A stretch of 32,854 nucleotides of DNA from Anaerolineae bacterium. Lineage in GTDB: Bacteria > Chloroflexota > Anaerolineae > B4-G1 > SLSP01. Below, piece by piece: positions 17,103 to 25,413 of this stretch. The DNA lies in NCBI GenBank assembly GCA_049975025.1, contig JBNGDU010000112.1, forward strand, positions 9,592 through 42,445. The letters are read 5' to 3'. Under the pieces are notes generated by a model that was given only the letters and a program-made list of their open reading frames with translations, searched no databases and had not been told where the DNA came from. The first letter of the stretch is position 1, and every line of letters begins with the position of its first letter. A program made the translations under genes and the position numbers.

Positions 17103-18463
17103 GACTGCGCGGTCTGTTAATGGCACTAACCGTCGTGGTCATATTAGTAGCGTTTGCCGGTTTTGTGCTTTTGGCGCTTTGGGAACAGCCTGGGCAACTG
17201 CCATCGGTTTCAGAGCTGGTGACATATTTCGTTCTGGTTATCGGCCTCGCCGTCGCACTCTATCTCGGATTTCAGAGGGTTGTCCGGGTCTTCGTTCAGT
17301 ATGTTCAGGCCTTTCACGACCTTTCGCTGGATGAGGCTGAGGGTCTCGTGAACCGGTTGCTTTACAGCTCTCGTCATCCTGGCTCGATGGGGGTTTTGCT
17401 CCGGGTCCAAGCCGGACAGGTGGATCTGGACGGTCCTGCTGTCGTCCACAAGGTTGGGGGACCGGCGTTTCTCAACGTGGATCACGATAGCGTTGTGGTG
17501 ACGAGCCGGCTTGGCTATCTACATCGCGTACTTGGCCCGGGTGGTCATCCCCTAGAGCCCTTCGAGCGGGTTTGGGATGTCGTGGACCTACGTCCTCAAC
17601 GTAGAACGGTCGTGGTGGATTTCATGACGCGGGATGGCATTCCCGCATCCTGCCAGGCGACGATTGTCTGCAGCATCGCTGGTCCGGAGTCCGTGACCGT
17701 GGGGCTCGAGCATAAGACCCACAACGCTGCTTATCTCGACTATGCTGACGATGCGATCCTCCAAGTCTCAACGTCTAAGTTCGTGAAGCGCGTGGATAGC
17801 GGCTATCGTGTCAACGATTGGGTTGTGGGTATGAGTGGTGCTTTGGAGAGTGTCATCCGGGACACACTTGAGCAATACACACTTGATGAATTCCTTAACC
17901 CGCAGTACTGGCTAGAGGAGGATGAAGGTCGACCCCGCAGTGCCGCCGCACCGAAGCTTGTTTCTGAACTCGAGGAAGCGATTGAGCGTGACATAAAAGC
18001 CGTGGGCCGTGAGCGGGGGGTGAGTGTGATACGCGTGGAAATGGGCACGGTACGTCCCGCCGAGGAAGCCATATCCCGGCAGTGGTTGGAGTTCTGGCAG
18101 GCTAAGTTGCAGAAACGCGTGGATCGCTACGCGATGCAAGCGGAAGTGACGCGTGCCGAGCTTGCGGTATTCGCTCGGGTGGAGGTCCGCGTTGATTTCC
18201 TCAACCGGGTGCTGGAGCGTCTGCAGAGTCTTCACGGTCAGGGCATCGATATTCCCGGTGAGCTTGTGGTTTCGACCATCACGGAGGTTCTCCAAACAAT
18301 GCATAGGCGTGGTTCTGAAACGGAACGTGCGCTCTATCCGTCGATGGAGAAAGTTGAGAGCCTGGCGCGGGCCGTCAAGATCATCCAGGCTGATGAGGAC
18401 GTCGACGCTCTAGATGACGTCGGGTCCGAGCAGGCCCCCTCTTTGACGGTCGACGAAGATTGA
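17099..18463 (+). CDS. Two-TM membrane protein with SPFH/Band-7-like domain, paralogue of the upstream gene
   Basis: RVLGPGGHPLEPFERVWDVVDLRPQRR....FMTRDGIPA; GVSVIRVEMG; ATGA overlap with the upstream stop. Confidence 0.8.
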   Translation: MRLRGLLMALTVVVILVAFAGFVLLALWEQPGQLPSVSELVTYFVLVIGLAVALYLGFQRVVRVFVQYVQAFHDLSLDEAEGLVNRLLYSSRHPGSMGVLLRVQAGQVDLDGPAVVHKVGGPAFLNVDHDSVVVTSRLGYLHRVLGPGGHPLEPFERVWDVVDLRPQRRTVVVDFMTRDGIPASCQATIVCSIAGPESVTVGLEHKTHNAAYLDYADDAILQVSTSKFVKRVDSGYRVNDWVVGMSGALESVIRDTLEQYTLDEFLNPQYWLEEDEGRPRSAAAPKLVSELEEAIERDIKAVGRERGVSVIRVEMGTVRPAEEAISRQWLEFWQAKLQKRVDRYAMQAEVTRAELAVFARVEVRVDFLNRVLERLQSLHGQGIDIPGELVVSTITEVLQTMHRRGSETERALYPSMEKVESLARAVKIIQADEDVDALDDVGSEQAPSLTVDED

Positions 18464-18476
18464 GTCCACACTGTAG

Positions 18477-19442
18477 ATGCGCTGGATCTCTTTGCCCGAG
18501 GAGCTGGCCCTGCCACATTTGCTGGAACTGCAGGACACACAGCTATATCTTCGAGACGCGTTCTCCCAGATATTGACGTTGCTTCGGACCGCACATTTTG
18601 AGTCAGCGCTCAGGTTAAGCGAGCGGGCCTATACCTTAGCTTATCGCAAGCGGGATCGAGCTGCGCAGCCACTTGCCCTCTTGCTCCGAGCCGGCGTTTG
18701 TTGGCGTTTGGGGCGTTGGGAGGATGCCCTGGATGCGATACGTCACGCCCTAGGCTATCTTGAGCTTCAAGTCTCGCCCACTGCCCACTATAACGAGGCC
18801 CTAGCCGTTTACGCAGAAGGCTTGCTGCATTGGGTGCTGCGAGCCGACGAGAAAGTCGTCGAGACCTTCGCTTATGCCCATCAGGGACTGGTGGAGAGCG
18901 AACGTTACTGGGGATTTGAGCAAAACGCTGGGCGTGTCGCGGCATGCCGGGATGTCATTCGGTGGATGTCAAGTCTACTAGATGCCCTGGACCCCCTGGA
19001 TTCCAGTGAGGTGACAGTGATTCTCCCGGTCTACGAGTTCGTGAACGGTAGATGGATCCGGACTGACATCAAGAGGGTGGGCCCGTATCAAGTCGCCATT
19101 CCGGCGGAGGTGGTGGCGCGCTATTTGCCTTCGACCTACGTACCGATTCAGCTGGATACCCTGCTCTTCTTTCCGCTGAATCCCAGCTCGATCTACATCG
19201 CTGTTCGGATACCTGCTGACTCGCAGATGTTGAGTCAGGGACGGCGAGGAGATCTTCTGGTTGTAGAGACGGTCGTACCGAGATCACTGAATGAGGAGTT
19301 GGTCTTGACGTCTGAGAAGCCATTTGTGCGTCGCAGCGACGGTCGGGTCGAGTTCAGACCTGCGTTCCGGGATGGGGCCGAGCCTGCGGAACGCTTGGTC
19401 GGTATACCTCGAGTTCTTATCAGGGAAGGGGATGAGCCATGA
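18477..19442 (+). CDS. Hypothetical protein: TPR-like helical N-terminus plus putative degenerate LexA/S24 peptidase-like C-terminal domain
   Basis: TPR-like pattern ALLLRAGVCWRLGRWEDALDAIRHALG. C-terminal AVRIPADS...GDLLVV...RVEFRP...LVGIPRVLIREGD resembles the LexA CTD by eye. Confidence 0.6.
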   Translation: MRWISLPEELALPHLLELQDTQLYLRDAFSQILTLLRTAHFESALRLSERAYTLAYRKRDRAAQPLALLLRAGVCWRLGRWEDALDAIRHALGYLELQVSPTAHYNEALAVYAEGLLHWVLRADEKVVETFAYAHQGLVESERYWGFEQNAGRVAACRDVIRWMSSLLDALDPLDSSEVTVILPVYEFVNGRWIRTDIKRVGPYQVAIPAEVVARYLPSTYVPIQLDTLLFFPLNPSSIYIAVRIPADSQMLSQGRRGDLLVVETVVPRSLNEELVLTSEKPFVRRSDGRVEFRPAFRDGAEPAERLVGIPRVLIREGDEP

Positions 19443-20374
19443 ATTACGGAGAGCATCGCGTTCTGGTTATCGGAGCTGCAGGGCTTGACCTCAAGGTGCA
19501 GCCGAGAACAGCGGTCGTGGAGTTGGCGCGCTCCAATCCGGGCGTCATCCGCTGGGGTTGGGGAGGGGTGGCCCGCAATATCGCTGAGAACATGGCGTTG
19601 TTAGACACCGAAGTGCATCTTATCACAGCGGTGGGAGATGACTGGTGGGGTCGTACGCTGCTCAATCAGCTCAAGGATCTCGGCATCAACACGGAGGCCT
19701 GTGTGGTCACTGCCGAACATCCAACTGCCTCGTATGTCGCTCTCTACCACATGGACAAGCAGCTATGGGTTGCTTTCGATGATATGATGGCTATTCAGGA
19801 GATCACGGCCGGTCACATCCATCGATTCCGGCGGTTGATCAGAGATGCGGACATGGTGTGCATCGACGCGAACTTGTCCGACCGGGCCCTTGACACCCTT
19901 TTCCGCTTGACGGATCAGTATGATGTACCGGTGTGTGCGGATCCCACCACTGCCCTGTTGGCACACCGTTTGAAGCCGCATTTGCCGCAGTTGATGGCTA
20001 TCACGCCCGATCGTGATGAGGCTGAGGCGCTCCTCGAGGACGCACTGGATAGCGAGGAGAAGATCAGCGTGGGGGCGCGCAGGCTCGTTCAGGCCGGCGT
20101 AGAGCTCGCTGTGATTACCTTGGGCGCGGAAGGCCTCTACTATGCTACCTCTGAGGAGAGTGGACGGCTGCCGGCTTTCCCCGTCGATGTCGTGGACCCA
20201 ACCGGTGCCGGTGATGCCCTGACCGCGGCCGTGGCGTATGGATTATTGGAGGGCGTGAATCCCGAGGAAGCCGTGCGACTGGGCATGGCTGCTGCTGCAC
20301 AGACGATAAGCTGTCGAGACACGGTCTGCCCGGACATCAGTCCCGAGTCGCTCTACGAGCGCTTGGTGCTTTGA
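19439..20374 (+). CDS. PfkB/ribokinase family kinase, pseudouridine-kinase (PsuK/YeiI)-like
   Basis: SNPG.I..GWGGVARNIAEN, AVGDD..G, IDANL, ITLGAEG, VVDPTGAGDA; ATGA overlap with the upstream gene. Confidence 0.88.
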   Translation: MNYGEHRVLVIGAAGLDLKVQPRTAVVELARSNPGVIRWGWGGVARNIAENMALLDTEVHLITAVGDDWWGRTLLNQLKDLGINTEACVVTAEHPTASYVALYHMDKQLWVAFDDMMAIQEITAGHIHRFRRLIRDADMVCIDANLSDRALDTLFRLTDQYDVPVCADPTTALLAHRLKPHLPQLMAITPDRDEAEALLEDALDSEEKISVGARRLVQAGVELAVITLGAEGLYYATSEESGRLPAFPVDVVDPTGAGDALTAAVAYGLLEGVNPEEAVRLGMAAAAQTISCRDTVCPDISPESLYERLVL

Positions 20375-20466
20375 TCGGTTTTCTAGATACATTGTAAAGA
20401 TGGAAAATGGACTCGCAGTCACGAAGAGCATCATCTGTCGATCATCATGTAGAGATAGGAGATACT

Positions 20467-22998
20467 ATGAATAAAGTTTCTAGACCCTCTGAAGCGCTAT
20501 TTCGTGAAGCAGGTACGGGGGATGCGTGGGCCCCCGCTCGGTTACCAGGCTCCGTTCATACTGATCTTATGGCGCTCGGTCGGATCCCCGACCCCTTTGT
20601 CGCCGACAACGAGCTAGAGGTGCAGTGGGTGGCCGAGAGGGACTGGGAGTATCGGGTGCATTTCCGCCCGGACGAGGGGCTCTTGGCGGAAGAGAGAATC
20701 TTTCTGGTTTGTGACGGTCTGGACACTTTGTCAGACGTGAGATTCAACGATCAGTTCCTAGGTCATACGGAGAACATGTTCCGCCAGTACCGTTGGAACG
20801 TCACGGATCTAATAACCAAGGGACAGAACGAGGTCCACCTTCTCTTCTCCTCAACGGTCAACTATATGCTTGATAAGCAGGAAGAAGAGCCCCTCATCGG
20901 TCCCTCGCAATCCATTCCGGGTGGGGCGCACGTTCGCAAGGCCCCCAGTCAATTTGGCTGGGATTGGGGACCGCAATTGCCTCCCATGGGCATCTGGCGG
21001 GAGATACGCTTGGAGGGCTATACTACGGCGCGTTTGAACGATGTGCACCTTCGACAGATTCACCGTCTTGAGGGCGTGACGTTGAGGGTGGGCGTCGCCG
21101 TGGAGCGATGGCGAAGCGCTGATCTTGAGGCCCGAGTCCAGGTGACAGCGCCCACCGGTGAGGTCCAGGCGTGCCGGATATCTCTAGATGGCGTGGACAC
21201 CGAGGGGCGGGAGGAGATTGACATCAAGGATCCTCAACTCTGGTGGCCTAACGGTTATGGGCCTCAACCGCTCTACCAGGTCCACGTGTCCCTCTACGAG
21301 GGCGAAATCCTTCGTGACGAACGGGATCTTCAGATCGGCCTTCGCAAGCTTGAGTTGCTTCAGGAGCAGGATGACTTTGGGACCTCTTTCACATTTGTCG
21401 TCAACGATGTGCCCATCTTTGCCAAGGGCGCGAATTGGATTCCCGCGGACTCCTTTCCGACACGCCTGACAGCGGCCCGCCTTGAGCACCTGATCCGCAG
21501 CGCGGCGGAGGCCAACATGAATATGCTGCGCGTTTGGGGCGGCGGGTTGTACGAGGACGACCTGTTCTACGATCTCTGTGATCAATATGGCCTCCTGATC
21601 TGGCAGGACTTCATCTTCTCGTGCAGCGTCTATCCGGCAGATGAGGCGTTCTTGGACGATGTTCGCGACGAGATCATTTACAATATCCGCCGGTTGCGGC
21701 ACCATCCGAGTATGGCGCTGTGGTGTGGCAACAACGAGATGGAGTGGGGATGGGTCGGCTGGGGATGGGCCGAGCGGACGGGGCCCGAGTACAAGACCTA
21801 TTACGACCAGATGTTCCACCACATGTTGCCCGAGCTTTGTGAAACCTACGATCCAGACACTCCCTACTGGCCGAGCTCCCCGTCATCGGGTATTCCCTTC
21901 GAGGATCCCGGTGGGGTGCGCGCTGGGGATACGCATAACTGGGAGGTCTGGCACGGTGGCGCGCCCTTTGAGCAGTATCGAGATCATCCGTCGCGCTTTG
22001 TGAGCGAGTTTGGGTTCCAGTCCTTGCCGCCTTTGGACACAGTACGCACGTATGCGGCAGAGGCGGACTGGAATATGACCTCCTACATTATGGAGCATCA
22101 TCAGCGCAACGCGTCCGGTAACGGCAAGATCATCACCTATATGACCGCACACTTCCGCATGCCCAAGGACTTCCCGTCGCTCATCTACCTATCGCAATTG
22201 CTGCAAGCGGAGGCCGTCCGTACGGGTGTCGAGTTCTGGCGTCGCAATCCATCCACCAGCGGCGCTCTTTACTGGCAGCTGAACGATTGCTGGCCCGTGG
22301 CGTCCTGGGCAAGCCTGGACTACTATGGCCGATGGAAGGCGCTACACTACGCCGCACGCCGTTTCTTCGCGCCCTTGCTGCTCTCGGCCGAGAAGCGGAA
22401 CTACCGGGAGGGCAGCGCTACGACGACCCATGCCACAGGCTACCTTTTCCAACCGGAGCCTGGGCCCTTCGTCGACCTCTTCTTGACCAGTGATCTGTTG
22501 GAGCCCTGGGAGGGCACAGTGCTATGGTCGCTTGAGACGCTGGATGGCGATGTGCTGCAGGCCGGGCGCCAGCAGGTAGCGCCGGGTGCGCTGAGCGCGG
22601 ACAAGATCATCTCCCTGGACTTCGAGGATAGGGTTGACCCCACAAACGAGCGCTCTGTCGTCCTGGTCTATGAGCTCACGGGAGATGACGAGCGGCAGAG
22701 CCTAGGTGTGCTGCCCTTCGTTCCGTCGAAGCATCTCGAGCTATCTGATCCCGAGCTTTCTGCGACGGTCCGGGAGACGGCGTGGGGCTTTGAGATCGAG
22801 ATCACGGCGCAGAAGCTGGCGCGTTTCGTGTGGCTGACGGTTGAGCAAGCCGATGAGAGCTTCGGGGCATTTAGCGACAACTTCTTTGATCTACCGGCCG
22901 GCCGCTCGACGACGGTGACGTTGCCGACTCTCGATGGCTGGGATGTCGAGCGCCTGGAAGCCGCGCTACGGATCCGCAGCCTTGTGGACAGTTACTGA
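20467..22998 (+). CDS. Beta-mannosidase, glycoside hydrolase family 2 (no signal peptide seen)
   Basis: GLDT, RKAPSQFGWDWGP, KGANWIP, NMNMLRVWGGG, WCGNNE (acid/base), SEFG (nucleophile), YWQLNDCWP. Start at ATG 20467 after AGGAG. Confidence 0.93.
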   Translation: MNKVSRPSEALFREAGTGDAWAPARLPGSVHTDLMALGRIPDPFVADNELEVQWVAERDWEYRVHFRPDEGLLAEERIFLVCDGLDTLSDVRFNDQFLGHTENMFRQYRWNVTDLITKGQNEVHLLFSSTVNYMLDKQEEEPLIGPSQSIPGGAHVRKAPSQFGWDWGPQLPPMGIWREIRLEGYTTARLNDVHLRQIHRLEGVTLRVGVAVERWRSADLEARVQVTAPTGEVQACRISLDGVDTEGREEIDIKDPQLWWPNGYGPQPLYQVHVSLYEGEILRDERDLQIGLRKLELLQEQDDFGTSFTFVVNDVPIFAKGANWIPADSFPTRLTAARLEHLIRSAAEANMNMLRVWGGGLYEDDLFYDLCDQYGLLIWQDFIFSCSVYPADEAFLDDVRDEIIYNIRRLRHHPSMALWCGNNEMEWGWVGWGWAERTGPEYKTYYDQMFHHMLPELCETYDPDTPYWPSSPSSGIPFEDPGGVRAGDTHNWEVWHGGAPFEQYRDHPSRFVSEFGFQSLPPLDTVRTYAAEADWNMTSYIMEHHQRNASGNGKIITYMTAHFRMPKDFPSLIYLSQLLQAEAVRTGVEFWRRNPSTSGALYWQLNDCWPVASWASLDYYGRWKALHYAARRFFAPLLLSAEKRNYREGSATTTHATGYLFQPEPGPFVDLFLTSDLLEPWEGTVLWSLETLDGDVLQAGRQQVAPGALSADKIISLDFEDRVDPTNERSVVLVYELTGDDERQSLGVLPFVPSKHLELSDPELSATVRETAWGFEIEITAQKLARFVWLTVEQADESFGAFSDNFFDLPAGRSTTVTLPTLDGWDVERLEAALRIRSLVDSY

Positions 22999-23006
22999 GG
23001 GAATGT

Positions 23007-24002
23007 ATGAAAGCTCTGGTAGTGACCCAGCCAAACGAGGCTGAAGTTCAGGACAGATCGTTACCCCAGCCAGGGCCTGGTGAAGCTCTGGTCAAGGTCG
23101 CGGTCTGTGGTATCTGCGGCACCGACGTCCACATCTTCCGAGGGGAGTACATGGGCGACTATCCGGTGGTGCCCGGCCATGAGTTCGCGGGGGAGGTCGT
23201 GGCGGTGGGAGAGAACGTCACCCGGGTCGAATCGGGTGACCGGGTCGCCGTCGAGCCCAACATCGCCTGCGGCAGGTGCTACAATTGTCTTCACAACCGG
23301 CAGAATTTCTGCCTGAACTGGCAGGCCATCGGGGTGACGCGACCGGGTGCTATGGCCGAGTACGTCGTGGCTCCCGAAGAGAACGTCTTCAAGATCGGTG
23401 ACCTCGCCTTCGAGCAAGGGGCCTTCGTGGAACCGCTATCCTGCGTGATCCACGGCATTGAGCGAGCTGAGATTCGTATGGCGGATCGGCTGGCGATACT
23501 GGGCGCCGGGCCGATCGGCATCCTGCACGTGCAGTTGGCGCTGAGTCGTGGCGCTACCGACGTCACGGTGCTGGAGCGTCAGGCCGCCCGGGCGCAGCTT
23601 GCCGAGGACTACGGGGCCCATCACATCGTGCGGGAGCTCCATGAATTGCCGGAGGACGCCTATGACGTGGTGATCGACGCCACGGGCGCCCTACCGGTGA
23701 TGTCTCGAACGATCGCCTTGGCGCGCAAGGGGGGCACCGTGCTTCTCTTCGGTGTGCCGCCCCGGGGCGCTGAGCTGGAGCTCGACGCCTTTGCGATCTT
23801 CGAGAAGGGTTTGACCCTTCGCTCGTCCTACACGTCCTTGCGCAACTCCTACCAGGCGGTGGACCTGCTTCAGTCCGGGGTGGTGGACGTCTACGATCTG
23901 ATCTCACACCGTCTGCCCTTGCCCCAATTTGAGGAGGGCGTGAAGCTGATCGAAGAGGGGCTGGAGGACGTTAAGAAGGTCCTGATGGTCCCAGCTGCCT
24001 AG
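23007..24002 (+). CDS. Zinc-dependent medium-chain alcohol/polyol dehydrogenase
   Basis: CGTD, GHEFAGEV, C..C..C.......C structural Zn site, EPLSC, GAGPIG. Substrate not determinable. Confidence 0.92.
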   Translation: MKALVVTQPNEAEVQDRSLPQPGPGEALVKVAVCGICGTDVHIFRGEYMGDYPVVPGHEFAGEVVAVGENVTRVESGDRVAVEPNIACGRCYNCLHNRQNFCLNWQAIGVTRPGAMAEYVVAPEENVFKIGDLAFEQGAFVEPLSCVIHGIERAEIRMADRLAILGAGPIGILHVQLALSRGATDVTVLERQAARAQLAEDYGAHHIVRELHELPEDAYDVVIDATGALPVMSRTIALARKGGTVLLFGVPPRGAELELDAFAIFEKGLTLRSSYTSLRNSYQAVDLLQSGVVDVYDLISHRLPLPQFEEGVKLIEEGLEDVKKVLMVPAA

Positions 24003-24140
24003 GGCAATCGCATCTAAGGCTCAAAGCCCCGTCCTCGGGGCGGCCTGAGCACGGACCAGCCTCTGCAACGGGGCTTTCTGCGCCAGAAACGCCCCCGAGA
24101 CGGGGGCTACGAGCATCTATATCCAAATGCGATCGCCCTA
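24000..24140. mobile_element. 141-bp MITE/REPIN-like element with terminal inverted repeats and internal REP-like palindromes
   Basis: TAGGGCAATCGCAT ... ATGCGATCGCCCTA (13/14 IR match, TA at both ends); three related AGCCCC-type hairpins inside. Confidence 0.7.
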
Positions 24141-24159
24141 CCCCGGTGCCTAGATGTGC

Positions 24160-24187
24160 TTGACACTCTCAAGAACTATGGTACCGT
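24160..24187 (+). promoter_or_regulatory. Sigma70-type promoter of the his operon
   Basis: TTGACA (24160-24165), 16-nt spacer, TACCGT (24182-24187) with extended TG. Confidence 0.7.
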
Positions 24188-24194
24188 TGGGTCA

Positions 24195-24290
24195 ATGAAA
24201 TCATACAATCTGATCAACACCTGGCACCATCATACCAGCCGACGCCGCCCAGTTCGGGAGGTGCGTTTGGTGATGCCTGGTCGGATTTGA
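24195..24290 (+). CDS. hisL: his operon leader peptide (31 aa, MKSYNLINTWHHHTSRRRPVREVRLVMPGRI)
   Basis: Tandem CAC CAT CAT codons, located between the promoter and the attenuator terminator upstream of hisG. Confidence 0.85.
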   Translation: MKSYNLINTWHHHTSRRRPVREVRLVMPGRI

Positions 24291-24314
24291 TCAAGTAGCA
24301 CCCGCTAGAATAGC

Positions 24315-24347
24315 ACAACCCCCCGAATTGGATCGGGGGGTTGTTTC
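24315..24347 (+). terminator. Attenuator intrinsic terminator of the his leader
   Basis: ACAACCCCCCGA-ATTGGA-TCGGGGGGTTGT inverted repeat with TTGTTT 3' tract, immediately before the hisG SD. Confidence 0.88.
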
Positions 24348-24366
24348 ATGATAGGAGGTGGATGTG

Positions 24367-25377
24367 ATGACCATCGAACGAGAGGATATCCGCTTATCTC
24401 TTCCCAGTAAGGGGCGGTTGGCGGATGACACGGTGGATTTCCTAGCCGCCTGCGGCTTGAGGATCTACAAACCCAACCCCAGGCAGTACGCAGCATCTAT
24501 CCCGGCCTTGCCTAACGTCACAGTGATCTTCCAGCGCCCCACCGACATCGTCGTGGGCGTGCGGGACGGAAGCGTGGACCTCGGCATCACCGGTCTGGAC
24601 GTGACCCTGGAGTACGGAGGGGATCGCGACGCGATCCTGGTGCTCCATGACGCTCTGGGCTTTGGCGAGTGCCGCCTGGCGATCGCAGTGCCGGAGGCCT
24701 GGGACACGGTCTTCACGCTCTCTGATCTGGCTGACTATATCCCGGCGCTGGGTCACCCGCTGCGGGTCGCGACCAAGTTCAGCAATCTTGCAGGGGCTTT
24801 CCTGACCCAACACGGCATCGAGCCCTACCAGCTGGTCCACGCCGAGGGCACGCTGGAGGTCGCCCCTGCCATTGGCTACGCGGACTGCATTGTGGATCTC
24901 GTCTCCTCGGGGCAGACGTTGCGCGACAACCGGCTGCGACCTTTGGAGGACGGTGTGATCGTGCGATCCCAAGCGGCTTTAGTCGCCAACCGGGCTGCAC
25001 TGCGCGCGAGGCCCGAGGTTCTGTCCGTGGCGCGAACGCTGCTGGAGTTCACCGAGGCCCATTTGCGCGCTCAGGACCATATTATGATTGTCGCGAACAT
25101 GCGTGGGGAGTCTCCCGAAGCCATCACTGAGCGGATGTTCGCTCAGGATGTGCTGGGGGGGCTGCAGGGACCGACCGTGGCTCCCGTGGTCGTGCGGGAT
25201 GGCAATCAGCATTGGTATGCCGTTCAGATCGTCGTGCGGCGCGACGCGCTGATTCAGGCGATCGCCGAGCTGCGCGCCATCGGCGGGAGCGGCGTTGTGG
25301 TCACCCCGGTGACGTATATCTTTGAGGAAGAACCGGCCCGGTATCTTGCGATGATGGAGGCCGTCAAGGCACCCTAG
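24367..25377 (+). CDS. hisG: ATP phosphoribosyltransferase, long form
   Basis: LPSKGRL, RPTDI...V.DG..DLGITGLD, RVATKF, GTLEVAPAIGYAD.IVDLVSSGQTLRDNRL, plus C-terminal regulatory domain (GPTVAP). AGGAGG SD. Confidence 0.96.
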   Translation: MTIEREDIRLSLPSKGRLADDTVDFLAACGLRIYKPNPRQYAASIPALPNVTVIFQRPTDIVVGVRDGSVDLGITGLDVTLEYGGDRDAILVLHDALGFGECRLAIAVPEAWDTVFTLSDLADYIPALGHPLRVATKFSNLAGAFLTQHGIEPYQLVHAEGTLEVAPAIGYADCIVDLVSSGQTLRDNRLRPLEDGVIVRSQAALVANRAALRARPEVLSVARTLLEFTEAHLRAQDHIMIVANMRGESPEAITERMFAQDVLGGLQGPTVAPVVVRDGNQHWYAVQIVVRRDALIQAIAELRAIGGSGVVVTPVTYIFEEEPARYLAMMEAVKAP

Positions 25378-25413
25378 AGGTATCTTGACGATTTGGGAAC
25401 AGAGGAGAAGGTG

